Assembly (NCBI GenBank): GCA_017618435.1
Contig: JAFZUH010000199.1
Coordinates: 1 to 59,573, forward strand
Reading direction: 5' to 3'
DNA from: Bacteroidales bacterium
Lineage (GTDB): Bacteria > Bacteroidota > Bacteroidia > Bacteroidales > WCHB1-69
Length of the DNA stretch: 59,573 bases
Positions within the stretch are counted from its first letter, which is position 1; every line of letters begins with the position of its first letter. The notes beneath the pieces are model-generated. The model was not told the DNA's origin. It was given only the letters and a program-made list of their open reading frames with translations, and searched no databases. This document shows, one piece after another, positions 48,199 through 57,002 of this stretch. A program made the translations under genes and the position numbers.

Positions 48199-48605
48199 AG
48201 CTTTATCTTGTTTTGTAGGTTAAATCCTGCTTTCACTTGCTCCATGTCGGCATCAACTCCGTTTTCCGACCGGCTCATGGCAGCAACTATTTTTATATAG
48301 TCGCTGCCGCTTCGCTCAGTCAGTGTCCGGTACCTGTCAACGCCACTACGCCTTTCCACATGGGATATGTAATTGGCGGTATTGTTCCCATCATTGGCAG
48401 GTGCCCAACTTCTTATTATCCTATCTACAGTGTTTTTTCCTTGTTGTAGGTAAGTGTAGAGAATTACGAATGCCGCCCTGTATCCGTACGCCATACTTAC
48501 AAATTGCTTGAATGCTGAATCCGTTGATTCCTTTTCACCTTGAAACTTATCTTTGCTCTTGCGGATATTCAAGGGATTGTTGTTTCGTAATCCTCTGCTT
48601 ACCAT
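48195..48605 (-). CDS. conserved phage protein with an NNNPxNIR motif (putative cell-wall hydrolase)
   Basis: 136 aa with RNNNPLNIR...FQG...GYRAA...SWAPANDGNNTANY. As I recall, this family is often annotated as a phage structural or lytic protein. It heads two TM-protein genes. Confidence 0.4.
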   Translation of the reverse strand: MVSRGLRNNNPLNIRKSKDKFQGEKESTDSAFKQFVSMAYGYRAAFVILYTYLQQGKNTVDRIIRSWAPANDGNNTANYISHVERRSGVDRYRTLTERSGSDYIKIVAAMSRSENGVDADMEQVKAGFNLQNKIKL

Positions 48606-48621
48606 CTTTCTTCTATTTTAA

Positions 48622-49740
48622 TTATGATGCGTGATATTCCTGGATTAAACCCAACACACCTTTGCCATCAGCTCTGCGAGCTCGGCCGCCTAATCTTTGC
48701 AAGAAGGAATAAATATCTCCGTAATAGGTCGGGTCGCCTTCGTTGGTGTACATTACCGTGTTGCCCAATGCTCTCGCCACACAGCTCTTGTGCCAGAATA
48801 TGCCGTAGCAACAATCAGTTGTTCCGGCTGCCTTGCTGCCGTTTTCTATGTTGATATAATCCTCTACGCTATAAGTTAAGTCGGTGCCGCCTGTCCATTT
48901 GAAATATTGCGTTCCGATTACTTGGCTCAAAGTGCTGTTAGATGCCATCAAGGTAGTGCTGCGTTCCAATATGGTAAATCCTTCCAATGCTCGCAGTCTG
49001 CCGGTTACATTGTCATATACTGCTCCTAATACATCGTTGGAAGCATTGCGTACTTCAGAACACAATTGCTCATACATCTCCGAATTTAAGATAACGTATC
49101 TGTCAGCTTTTGGTAAATTCCATTTGTTGAATATCACTTTGGCTTTGGCAAAGTCGGCTATTGATACGCCGGTTCTAAGGTTGCTGCCATGAATGGTATT
49201 GTTGGCATGTTTAGTAGCACTTGCTTTGATAAAATAGGTGGGTCGCCAGTTGTATAGCATCGCTTCTGCCACCACTTCGTGCAAGTTGGCCATGTCTTCA
49301 TACATACAGCTTTCCATCTTGTCGTAACTGAGTTCTACTTTGTCGGCATTGGGGATAAATCTCGGGTCGGTAGTAAATTCGTCCAAGGCGTAGGTAATGT
49401 CTATATCTCTTCTGCGAGTAACACTTGCCGGCAACGATGTTCTGTTTCTTTGCACACCGCTGGCAGCTCCTGCCTGTGGAATGTGTACCACTGTGCCGCC
49501 TATCACATATTGTGATTCATCCACCGATTCCAACAAAAATTCGTTGTTTTTAAACAAATTACCGATAATGTAATCTGTCCATATCTCCGGTGTAACCGCC
49601 ATACCGAAACTTCCTGCCGGTATTTTCACAAAATTGGAGGCGACAAAAGTAGCCGCTCCTACTACGGGAGTAAATATTGCTCCCATCATGGCAGCAAACA
49701 ATGCCGCCGTCAAAATTCTTAAAATAAAACTTCTTTTCAT
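48622..49740 (-). CDS. putative major capsid protein
   Basis: 372 aa from M18 of the track ORF. It follows the protease-scaffold gene and a small head protein gene. Confidence 0.55.
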   Translation of the reverse strand: MKRSFILRILTAALFAAMMGAIFTPVVGAATFVASNFVKIPAGSFGMAVTPEIWTDYIIGNLFKNNEFLLESVDESQYVIGGTVVHIPQAGAASGVQRNRTSLPASVTRRRDIDITYALDEFTTDPRFIPNADKVELSYDKMESCMYEDMANLHEVVAEAMLYNWRPTYFIKASATKHANNTIHGSNLRTGVSIADFAKAKVIFNKWNLPKADRYVILNSEMYEQLCSEVRNASNDVLGAVYDNVTGRLRALEGFTILERSTTLMASNSTLSQVIGTQYFKWTGGTDLTYSVEDYINIENGSKAAGTTDCCYGIFWHKSCVARALGNTVMYTNEGDPTYYGDIYSFLQRLGGRARRADGKGVLGLIQEYHAS

Positions 49741-49768
49741 CTCTTTTTTGTTATTTGTTAATTGTTTT

Positions 49769-50161
49769 TTAATTGCAAAGTATCCATGCACTGCCGTCCC
49801 ATACCACTATTTTGGCAACGGTGGTGGAAGCTGTACCGGCAATGGTGCCTACTGTTGTGCTGGCATCTTTTTTCACAGTAACATTTCTGGCGGTGCCGTC
49901 ACTGGTTGATTTCACCACCACCTTGGCTCCTGCTCCCAAGTTGTCACCCGGGGTGAGTGTTAATGTGGCTGCTGCACTCAAACTGCCTAAATCCACTATC
50001 GTGGTGTCTCTTTCCACCTTCACTTCCGCTGCATTGCTCGACAAGGTCGGCGTTGTTTTTTCTACTGTCGGAAACATTACTTCCGTTTTTTTGCCGGCAT
50101 CTCCTTCTATTTCCGGTGCCTTAAAATTGTAACTTGCGTTGTTTTCTTTGTTTATCCACAT
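49769..50161 (-). CDS. small head protein (decoration-protein position)
   Basis: 130 aa, Thr/Ala/Val-rich and beta-type, between the protease and capsid genes. Confidence 0.45.
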   Translation of the reverse strand: MWINKENNASYNFKAPEIEGDAGKKTEVMFPTVEKTTPTLSSNAAEVKVERDTTIVDLGSLSAAATLTLTPGDNLGAGAKVVVKSTSDGTARNVTVKKDASTTVGTIAGTASTTVAKIVVWDGSAWILCN

Positions 50162-50167
50162 AATTTC

Positions 50168-51265
50168 TTAATTTTTAGGGTCGAAACCGAACTTCGCTTT
50201 GAAAAGTTCTGCGTATCTCTCCGGATTACTATTTTTTAAATTTTCCAATCTGCCGCTGCGGTGATATTCGTCAAAGCCCCAATTTTCTTCACCTTTTGGC
50301 AATTTCTCCTCTTGTGCAAGACCGGCCTTTACTCTCGGTACGGCTGCTAACTTGTTCAACACTTTTTCTGTGTTTTCATAGTCCTGCTCTGCCAACTTGG
50401 TATAGGTTGCTCTGTCGTCTTCGCCTATACGTTTGTCTGCTATGGCAGCATCTATCAAGTTTTTAACCTTGCTTTTCTCCATCGCTTCTATTTTCGCGGA
50501 GAGTTCTTCGTTTTTCTTTTGCTCTGCCTGCAAGGAATTTTGCAGAGTCTGTTCCTTCTCGCTCAACGCTTTAACACGTGACAATACCTCTTGCTCGGAG
50601 GAATTGGCCATGTTCAAAATGCCAGCGACTTTCTTTAATACTTCGTCCATTTGTTTGTTATTATTTAAATTAATGATTTGATTATTATAATAATTGTAGG
50701 CACTACGGCTGTCCGTAATGTTTTTCAATTCCTTTATACTTTTGTTTCGCTCTATTATCTCATCGCACAAGCCCATCGCCTTCGCTTCTTTCGCACTCAG
50801 CCAATGGTCCAAACCGTCAAAAAACTCCTTGCGGACTTCTTCCTCACTCTTACCCATACGTTCCGACAGCATCTCTATCAACGTCCCTTCAAATCCGTCC
50901 ATCATTTCCGCTGCAGCACGTGTCTCATCGCTGTTGCCATACGTATAGCCGCTCACCCTGTGATACATGAATTTCGCATGCTTGGCCGCCTTTACTTTGT
51001 GCTTCGGATTCGATAGCAATACCGCCATCATGCTCGCTGCTATTCCGTCAACTATCCATTCCACTTCTATATCCGTACGGTCTAAATAGTTATATAAGGC
51101 ATTGCCTTGACTCACTTCACCCCCGTCGCTGTTAACGTAAAAGGTGATAGCAGTGGCTCCTTCCTTCCTCTTGCCCTCTATGTCTGCTATCAACACATTG
51201 GTGTCTATATCCATATACCTGCCAATGATGCCGTACAAATAGTATTCACATTTTTCTTTTGCCAT
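50168..51265 (-). CDS. ClpP-like (S14) prohead protease fused to a coiled-coil scaffold
   Basis: 365 aa. The protease core reads ITFYVNSDGGEVSQGNALYNYL...GIAASMMAVL...MYHRVSG. The C-terminal half is a K/E-rich coiled coil. Confidence 0.8.
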   Translation of the reverse strand: MAKEKCEYYLYGIIGRYMDIDTNVLIADIEGKRKEGATAITFYVNSDGGEVSQGNALYNYLDRTDIEVEWIVDGIAASMMAVLLSNPKHKVKAAKHAKFMYHRVSGYTYGNSDETRAAAEMMDGFEGTLIEMLSERMGKSEEEVRKEFFDGLDHWLSAKEAKAMGLCDEIIERNKSIKELKNITDSRSAYNYYNNQIINLNNNKQMDEVLKKVAGILNMANSSEQEVLSRVKALSEKEQTLQNSLQAEQKKNEELSAKIEAMEKSKVKNLIDAAIADKRIGEDDRATYTKLAEQDYENTEKVLNKLAAVPRVKAGLAQEEKLPKGEENWGFDEYHRSGRLENLKNSNPERYAELFKAKFGFDPKN

Positions 51266-51288
51266 TTTTTCCTTTCCTCAATTTTCGG

Positions 51289-51296
51289 CAAAGATA
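51289..51296 (-). promoter_or_regulatory. -7 promoter box (TATCTTTG) for the minus (capsid/tail) arm
   Basis: TAnnTTTG on the minus strand, 23 nt upstream of ATG 51265. Confidence 0.4.
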
Positions 51297-51390
51297 GCAG
51301 CCTTTTTTCCTTTATTTTTATAATGTATATGCTTGCAATATAATTATATATACCGTATTTTCATTTAATAAAAATAGATGTAATTCCTTC

Positions 51391-51398
51391 TACTTTTG
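51391..51398 (+). promoter_or_regulatory. -7 promoter box (TACTTTTG) for the plus (terminase/portal) arm
   Basis: TAnnTTTG on the + strand, 4 nt before the first hairpin cluster (51403 onward). Confidence 0.4.
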
Positions 51399-51402
51399 CA
51401 CC

Positions 51403-51544
51403 GGAATTTCTCCCGTACGGACGATGTGTACATCGTCCCCTTACAAAGGAGCGGGAAAATTCCTGTACCGACGATGTGTACTTCGTCCCCTTGTAAAGAC
51501 GCACAATCGTGCGTCTCATCAATAAAACAATAAAACTTAACATT
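51403..51544 (+). repeat. hairpin-leader element, copy A (composite)
   Basis: An outer dyad GGAATTTCTCCCG/CGGGAAAATTCC encloses hairpin 1 (GGACGATGTGTACATCGTCC, 51419-51438). A degenerate second hairpin 1 lies at 51469-51488. TTGTAA follows, then hairpin 2 (AGACGCACAATCGTGCGTCT, 51497-51516), then the leader CATCAATAAAACAATAAAACTTAACATT and ATG 51545. Confidence 0.9.
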
Positions 51545-51991
51545 ATGACAAACCTAACCATTGAACAAAAAAAAGATTACGCCAAACAACTCTTTCTCAA
51601 CGATCCCGGAATTACGCAAGCCGAAATCGCTGAAAAAGTTGGCGTCTCCAAAGTAACCATCTGCAAATGGGTCAAAGACGGCAAATGGCAGGAATTGCAA
51701 GCTTCTTTATTGATAGGCAAGGAGGAACAACTCGCTCGCCTTTACAAACAGTTGCGACTCCTCAACGATGCCATCGAAAACAAACAAGACCAAAAATTCG
51801 CCACCTCTAAAGAAGCCGATGCCATTCTAAAACTTACCGTCGCCATCAAAAATCTCGAAACCGAAACCAATATCGCAGAAAAAATGGCTACAGGCAAAGA
51901 ATTTCTTGCTTTCGTAAGAAAAACATCCGGCTTCGAGCTTAGCAAAGATGTCGCCAAATTGTTCAACGCTTATATCAAATCTTGTTTATAA
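51545..51991 (+). CDS. terminase small subunit-like HTH protein
   Basis: 148 aa from M13 of the track ORF. It has the HTH ITQAEIAEKVGVSKVTICKWVK and a TAATG overlap with the large subunit gene. Confidence 0.55.
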   Translation: MTNLTIEQKKDYAKQLFLNDPGITQAEIAEKVGVSKVTICKWVKDGKWQELQASLLIGKEEQLARLYKQLRLLNDAIENKQDQKFATSKEADAILKLTVAIKNLETETNIAEKMATGKEFLAFVRKTSGFELSKDVAKLFNAYIKSCL

Positions 51992-53526
51992 TGGCCAAGC
52001 TCAGAAAACCTACCGACAAGCAGCTCCTTCAAGACTGGGAAGCTTACTACAATCAGTTTATTGCCGATGTGGAAGTTGACTCTTCCGAAACCGAATTCCA
52101 GAAGCAGCAACGCATCACCCGCTTGGAAGCATCTCCCGAAGACTGGTTCAAATACTATTTCCCCAAATATTGCACGGCCGAACCGGCTTCATTTCATATC
52201 TCCGCCACCAAACGCCTCCTCGCTCATCCCCGTTGGTACGAAGTCCGGGCGTGGAGTAGAGAGTTGGCAAAATCCGCCCGCTCCATGTTCGAAGTCTTGT
52301 ATCTTGCCTTAACCGGAAAAGTATGCAATTTCCTCCTCGTCTCCAACTCCTTCGACAATGCCTGCAGACTGCTCTTGCCTTTTATGATGCAGTTGGAAAA
52401 AAATCTCCGCATTATCAACGACTACGGCGAACAGCAAACCATCGGCCACTGGGAAGCTAATGAATTTATTGCCAAATGCGGTTGCTCATTCCGGGCATTG
52501 GGAGCAGGGCAGTCGCCCCGTGGTACCCGCAACGAAGCCAAACGCCCTGATTTCATTCTCATTGACGATATCGATACCGACGAGGAATGCCGAAATCCTG
52601 ACCGTATCAAGCAAAAATGGGACTGGATAGAACAAGCCTTAATTCCGACAATATCAGTATCAGGTGACGCCCGCATATTGTTCAATGGCAACATTATCGC
52701 CAAAGACTGTTGCATCGCCCGTGCCGGTAAAGTCGCCGACAAGTTCGACATTGTCAACATCCGCGACAAACACGGCAAGAGCTCTTGGAGCAAAAACACC
52801 GAAGAGGATATCGACTTTATCCTTTCCAAAATCTCCACCCGTGCCGCTCAACAGGAATACTTCAATAATCCTCTCTCCGAAGGTGACGTCTTCAAAGAAC
52901 TCACCTTCGCCAAAATACCCAACTTAAACCGCTTCAAACACATTATCGTCTATGGTGACCCTTCTCCCTCCAACTCCAAAAACAAAGCCGGCTCCATGAA
53001 AGCCATTGCCGCTATTGGTGTTTTGGACGGTATTTACTATGTCATTGCCTGCCGCGTAGATAGAGCCACCAACGCAGAATTTGTCGATTGGTTCTACCTC
53101 ATCAACCAACAACTCGGCAGCACCTCTGCTCAAATCTACAACTTTATTGAAAACAACAAACTACAAGACCCCTTTTATCAACAGGTATTTATTCCTTTGT
53201 TTGTTGCCAAAGCCAAAGAAAAAGGCTATTATCTCAATATTGTTCCCGATACAAGAATTAAGCCCGACAAATTCAGCCGTATTGAAGGCAACCTCGAACC
53301 CCTCAACCGCAATGGAAGACTCCTCTTCAACGAAGCTGAACACAGCAATCCTCACATGCAGCGGCTTGAGGAACAATTCCTCCTCATCACCCCGCAACTA
53401 AAAGCTCCTGCCGACGGCGTAGATGCTGTCGAAGGTGCCGTCTTTATCGCAACTCAAAAATTAAGACAAACTTCCGCCGAACAGCTGCTCATCGGCAACA
53501 GACCTAAAAACAAACGTAGAGTATAA
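51991..53526 (+). CDS. terminase large subunit
   Basis: 511 aa with a Walker-A-like WSRELAKSA and a Walker-B-like PDFILIDDIDTDEE. The size and position are typical. Confidence 0.75.
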   Translation: MAKLRKPTDKQLLQDWEAYYNQFIADVEVDSSETEFQKQQRITRLEASPEDWFKYYFPKYCTAEPASFHISATKRLLAHPRWYEVRAWSRELAKSARSMFEVLYLALTGKVCNFLLVSNSFDNACRLLLPFMMQLEKNLRIINDYGEQQTIGHWEANEFIAKCGCSFRALGAGQSPRGTRNEAKRPDFILIDDIDTDEECRNPDRIKQKWDWIEQALIPTISVSGDARILFNGNIIAKDCCIARAGKVADKFDIVNIRDKHGKSSWSKNTEEDIDFILSKISTRAAQQEYFNNPLSEGDVFKELTFAKIPNLNRFKHIIVYGDPSPSNSKNKAGSMKAIAAIGVLDGIYYVIACRVDRATNAEFVDWFYLINQQLGSTSAQIYNFIENNKLQDPFYQQVFIPLFVAKAKEKGYYLNIVPDTRIKPDKFSRIEGNLEPLNRNGRLLFNEAEHSNPHMQRLEEQFLLITPQLKAPADGVDAVEGAVFIATQKLRQTSAEQLLIGNRPKNKRRV

Positions 53527-53527
53527 A

Positions 53528-53588
53528 TGTAAAGACGCACAATGGTGCGTCTCCAAATAAAACAAACAACAAATTAAAATAAACAAAA
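53528..53588 (+). repeat. hairpin-leader element, copy B (hairpin 2 only)
   Basis: TGTAA, then AGACGCACAATGGTGCGTCT (53533-53552), then an A-rich leader and ATG 53589. Confidence 0.85.
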
Positions 53589-53822
53589 ATGATTAAAGTA
53601 TGGAAACGATTTTTCAGGTACATGCAGGTACGAAACGCCATCCGTCATGCCGACAGGATGAAAAAATTAACAGGAAAACAACACTTTGTTATACAAGTAT
53701 TCAACAAAATAAGGGTGTACGACCGCTCTCACATCAATTGGCTCATCGCCAAGAAGGTGCTGCACCCTCGTCTCAAAAACCATTACGAACTTACTAAAAT
53801 TTGTATCTATTACACTCGGTAA
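53589..53822 (+). CDS. small highly basic phage protein
   Basis: 77 aa, K/R/H-rich, flanked on both sides by hairpin-leader elements. Confidence 0.5.
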   Translation: MIKVWKRFFRYMQVRNAIRHADRMKKLTGKQHFVIQVFNKIRVYDRSHINWLIAKKVLHPRLKNHYELTKICIYYTR

Positions 53823-53906
53823 GGACGATGTCACATCGTCCCCTTGTAAAGACGCACAATCCTGCGTCTCATCAATAAAACAATAAAGTAATAAAACATT
53901 AATATT
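53821..53906 (+). repeat. hairpin-leader element, copy C
   Basis: GGACGATGTCACATCGTCC (53823-53841), CCTTGTAA, AGACGCACAATCCTGCGTCT (53850-53869), then CATCAATAAAACAATAAAGTAATAAAACATTAATATT and ATG 53907. Confidence 0.9.
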
Positions 53907-54323
53907 ATGGCATATCTTACTATTCAAGACCTCCATCGAGGCATACATCGTGAAGTGCTTTCCGTTATCTCCCGCTCCGAGGACAACGCCCTCCATGCCA
54001 TTGCGGAAGCTCAAGCGGAAGTAGAATCCTATCTCACCGCCCGCTACGATATCCGTTCCGAATGGAACCGATCCGGCGATGACAGATGTACCATGGTCGT
54101 TAAACTCGTCCGCGACATCGCCATCTACAATTGCTACAATATCTCCAATCCTGTCAATATGCCCGAATCCCGTCGCGACGCCTACAAGGATGCTATCTCC
54201 TTCCTTAAAGAGGTGCAAGCCGAAAGAGCTTCTATTGACGGACTGACTCGAAAAACCGGAACTACCGGAACTTCTTCCTATGTTTCTTTCGGTGGCAATA
54301 TCAAACGTAAAAATCAATTTTAA
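53907..54323 (+). CDS. DUF1320 / Mu gp36-like head protein
   Basis: 138 aa. The N-terminus MAYLTIQDL and the overall pattern resemble the gp36 family (from memory). Confidence 0.6.
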   Translation: MAYLTIQDLHRGIHREVLSVISRSEDNALHAIAEAQAEVESYLTARYDIRSEWNRSGDDRCTMVVKLVRDIAIYNCYNISNPVNMPESRRDAYKDAISFLKEVQAERASIDGLTRKTGTTGTSSYVSFGGNIKRKNQF

Positions 54324-54327
54324 TCCC

Positions 54328-54436
54328 GGTGCCTGAGCCTGCCGAAGGCACCTCTGTACCGACGATGTGTACATCGTCCCCTTGTAAAGACGAACAATCG
54401 TGCGTCTCATCAATAAAACAATAAAACATTAACATT
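54328..54436 (+). repeat. hairpin-leader element, copy D (with an extra 5' hairpin)
   Basis: GGTGCC-N13-GGCACC (54328-54352), CGACGATGTGTACATCGTCC (54360-54379), CCTTGTAA, AGACGAACAATCGTGCGTCT (54388-54407), then CATCAATAAAACAATAAAACATTAACATT and ATG 54437. Confidence 0.9.
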
Positions 54437-55744
54437 ATGGCAATAAAACATTCTAAACCTAAAAAACCGGACAATGTAATCGTCCACAACATCAACATCA
54501 TCAATCCTCCCCACAATACGCAGGATATTCAAATGTGGAAACAGGCTATTCGTGCCTTTGAAAATATCAACAATCCCTCACGTATGCTCTTGTACGACCT
54601 CTATGATGACATCCTCTTAGACGGTCAAATTGAAGCTACTTGGGGCAAACGGCAGGATGCCGTCCTCAACCAGGAACTCATCTTCGTCCGCGATGGGGTA
54701 GAAGACGAACAAATAGGACGTCTGCTCAATTCTCCCGACATGCGGGTCATTGTCAAAGAGCTGCACAACGCCATCGCTTGGGGTTATACCCTCATTCAGA
54801 TTAACAACATCTATTTTGATGAGACTGAAGAAGTGTATAAAATAGATTTCGACCTCATCCCGCGTAAGCACGTTCATCCGGAAGACGGCTTTGAATGTAT
54901 CAGCCGCCAGCAATCCATGGCTACCAAAGACTGGATGTATATGGAGCAGCCTTTGGCCAACTATATGCTTTGGGCAGGTGAGCCTTACGACAAAGGCCTT
55001 TTCGCCAAGGCCGCTCAATATGTCATCTACAAACGCGGAGGCTTCGGCGACTGGAGCCAGTTCGCCGAAATGTTCGGCATGCCATTCCGTGAACTCATCT
55101 ACGACGACTACGATGAAGCCACCCGGGCAAAACTCGAACAAGGTCTCCAAGAATGGGGAGCTGCCTGTTATTCCTTGCACCCTCGTAGCACAGAATTAAA
55201 AATACACCCCACCGGCGGTTCCACCGGCTCCAACGAAGTTTATGACAAACTCATTGCCGCCTGCGACGCTTCCATCTCCAAAACCATCCTCGGCAACACC
55301 CTCACCACCGAACAAGGCGAAAACGGTGCAAGAAGCCTCGGAGAAGTCCACAAAGAGGTGGAAGATGCCAAGACCGCCAGCGACAAGCAGTTTATTCTCG
55401 CTATCCTCAACACCAAGTTCAGAGCCATACTCAAACATTTCGGCTTTAATATCTCCGGTGGCGATATCTGGTACCGCTCACAAGGTAAAGATTGGACAGA
55501 ACTCCAAACCAAATGGAATGTCATCAACTCCATCTCCGACAAACTTCCTGTTGATGACGACTATATCTACGAGGAATTTGACATACCAAAACCCGACAAC
55601 TATGAGCAATTGAAACAGGAATTGAAAATGCAACATTCTTTCAACCCCTTTGAAAGCTCTTTGCAAAACCCTTTAAACAAGGAAAAACCTAATACCGGAG
55701 AAGCTACCAATTGGCTCAACAGGATAAAAAGTTTTTTTTTCTAA
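54437..55744 (+). CDS. portal protein (Mu gp29 / DUF935-like)
   Basis: 435 aa, positioned between the gp36-like and MuF-like genes. Confidence 0.6.
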   Translation: MAIKHSKPKKPDNVIVHNINIINPPHNTQDIQMWKQAIRAFENINNPSRMLLYDLYDDILLDGQIEATWGKRQDAVLNQELIFVRDGVEDEQIGRLLNSPDMRVIVKELHNAIAWGYTLIQINNIYFDETEEVYKIDFDLIPRKHVHPEDGFECISRQQSMATKDWMYMEQPLANYMLWAGEPYDKGLFAKAAQYVIYKRGGFGDWSQFAEMFGMPFRELIYDDYDEATRAKLEQGLQEWGAACYSLHPRSTELKIHPTGGSTGSNEVYDKLIAACDASISKTILGNTLTTEQGENGARSLGEVHKEVEDAKTASDKQFILAILNTKFRAILKHFGFNISGGDIWYRSQGKDWTELQTKWNVINSISDKLPVDDDYIYEEFDIPKPDNYEQLKQELKMQHSFNPFESSLQNPLNKEKPNTGEATNWLNRIKSFFF

Positions 55745-56886
55745 GGACAGGCAATAGCCTGTCCGTCCGAAACGAATTGGCACAATTAGACACCCTCTAT
55801 TTTCAAAACAGTTCCTTGACTGTCTTGGATACTTTGCGGACCTTTCCCGTTCTCTACAACCTTTCTAAAAAGGAACTCTATCAGAAAATTCTTTCCGATA
55901 TTGCTAACGGCAATACAGGAACCGTACATCCGGATGCCTATAAAGCCTATGCCCAGAATTTCCGGCATGCTGTCAACGGTGTTTTCTCTGATAATGAAAA
56001 ATATGCCTACTTGCAAGCACAATTCAATGCCAACGTCTCTCGGTTCGCCGCCTATAAAGCTTATTGGCTTACCGAACAGCTCAAGCAATACCACCAAGAA
56101 AGTCCCGACAACTTTGACAATATCGGCAAAGCTATTATCAATACTTTCAACCGCTATCAGGCTGCTGAATACAATACCGCTGTCGCCCGGACAAGAACCG
56201 CCAAACAATGGACAGATTTCACTTCCGACCCGACAGCAAACATGCTCTATCCTAACTTGAAATGGCTGCCATCTCGCTCGGCCAACCGCAGAGAGGAACA
56301 TATCCCTTTTTACGGCTTGGTACTTCCTAAAACCGATGAATTTTGGCAGCACAACCAGCCCGGTAACCTATGGAACTGTAAATGCGACTGGGAGGAAACC
56401 GACGAACAACCTTCCTCTTATATTCCAAAAGACATCTATGCAAAAGGTTTGGAAGGTAACCCCGCCCAAACAGGACAGATTTTTACCGACAAGGCAAGCT
56501 ATATCAATAGAGCCGGAAAGAAAGTGGAATCTTACGCTTTAAAAATAACAAGAAAAGATAACCTTGACTGGGCTAAAAATCATATAAAAGGGAAAATTGT
56601 TAAAAATAATCAATCCAATTTACCTATAAATATTTCCACAAGAGGAATAAAGGAATATCTTAACCAACCTTTTGATGAATATTATGTAAAGAATGAATTG
56701 ATAAGGCAAATTCCGAACATTTTAGAAAATGCAAAATACTTGAAACAGACTGTTCATGAAGGTAAAAAGTCTGAAATTTTTGAAATCAAATTCAAAAACA
56801 AAATATGGTATGTAATTGCTAATTGGCAAAAAGATGGCAAATTGTATTTTTATAGTATTACTGATAGTGAGAAAGTTACAACATAA
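55711..56886 (+). CDS. MuF / SPP1 gp7-like head morphogenesis protein with an extra C-terminal domain
   Basis: FNRYQAAEYNTAVARTRTAKQWTDF and LKWLPSRSANRREEHIPFYGLVLPKTDEFWQHNQPGNLWNCKCDW are MuF hallmarks. Only TTG start candidates exist (55711, 55777). The last ~125 aa are AT-rich. Confidence 0.7.
   Translation: MAQQDKKFFFLRTGNSLSVRNELAQLDTLYFQNSSLTVLDTLRTFPVLYNLSKKELYQKILSDIANGNTGTVHPDAYKAYAQNFRHAVNGVFSDNEKYAYLQAQFNANVSRFAAYKAYWLTEQLKQYHQESPDNFDNIGKAIINTFNRYQAAEYNTAVARTRTAKQWTDFTSDPTANMLYPNLKWLPSRSANRREEHIPFYGLVLPKTDEFWQHNQPGNLWNCKCDWEETDEQPSSYIPKDIYAKGLEGNPAQTGQIFTDKASYINRAGKKVESYALKITRKDNLDWAKNHIKGKIVKNNQSNLPINISTRGIKEYLNQPFDEYYVKNELIRQIPNILENAKYLKQTVHEGKKSEIFEIKFKNKIWYVIANWQKDGKLYFYSITDSEKVTT
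55732..55764 (+). other. candidate -1 frameshift signal: T TTT TTT heptamer, 6-nt spacer, 8-bp GC-rich hairpin
   Basis: The portal frame reads AGT TTT TTT TTC TAA. The hairpin GGACAGGC-AATA-GCCTGTCC lies at 55745-55764. The MuF-like ORF is in the -1 frame and has no ATG. Confidence 0.4.
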
Positions 56887-57002
56887 AAAAATTGCCCGTT
56901 TCTCGCACGTGGAACTACAGTCCACGCGGTTGAAAAGAGCAATTATTTCACCTGCAAAAGTACAACAAATTTTTTAAATAAAAACAAAAAAGACAAAAAA
57001 AA

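Noticed and set aside
51361-54516. Minus-strand ORFs sharing the peptide RRTIVRLYKG (51361..51561, 53667..54413, 54301..54516), which suggested a repeated protein family.
   Set aside because: The shared peptide is simply the translation of the repeated hairpin-leader DNA element. The ORFs otherwise run antisense to well-supported head genes.
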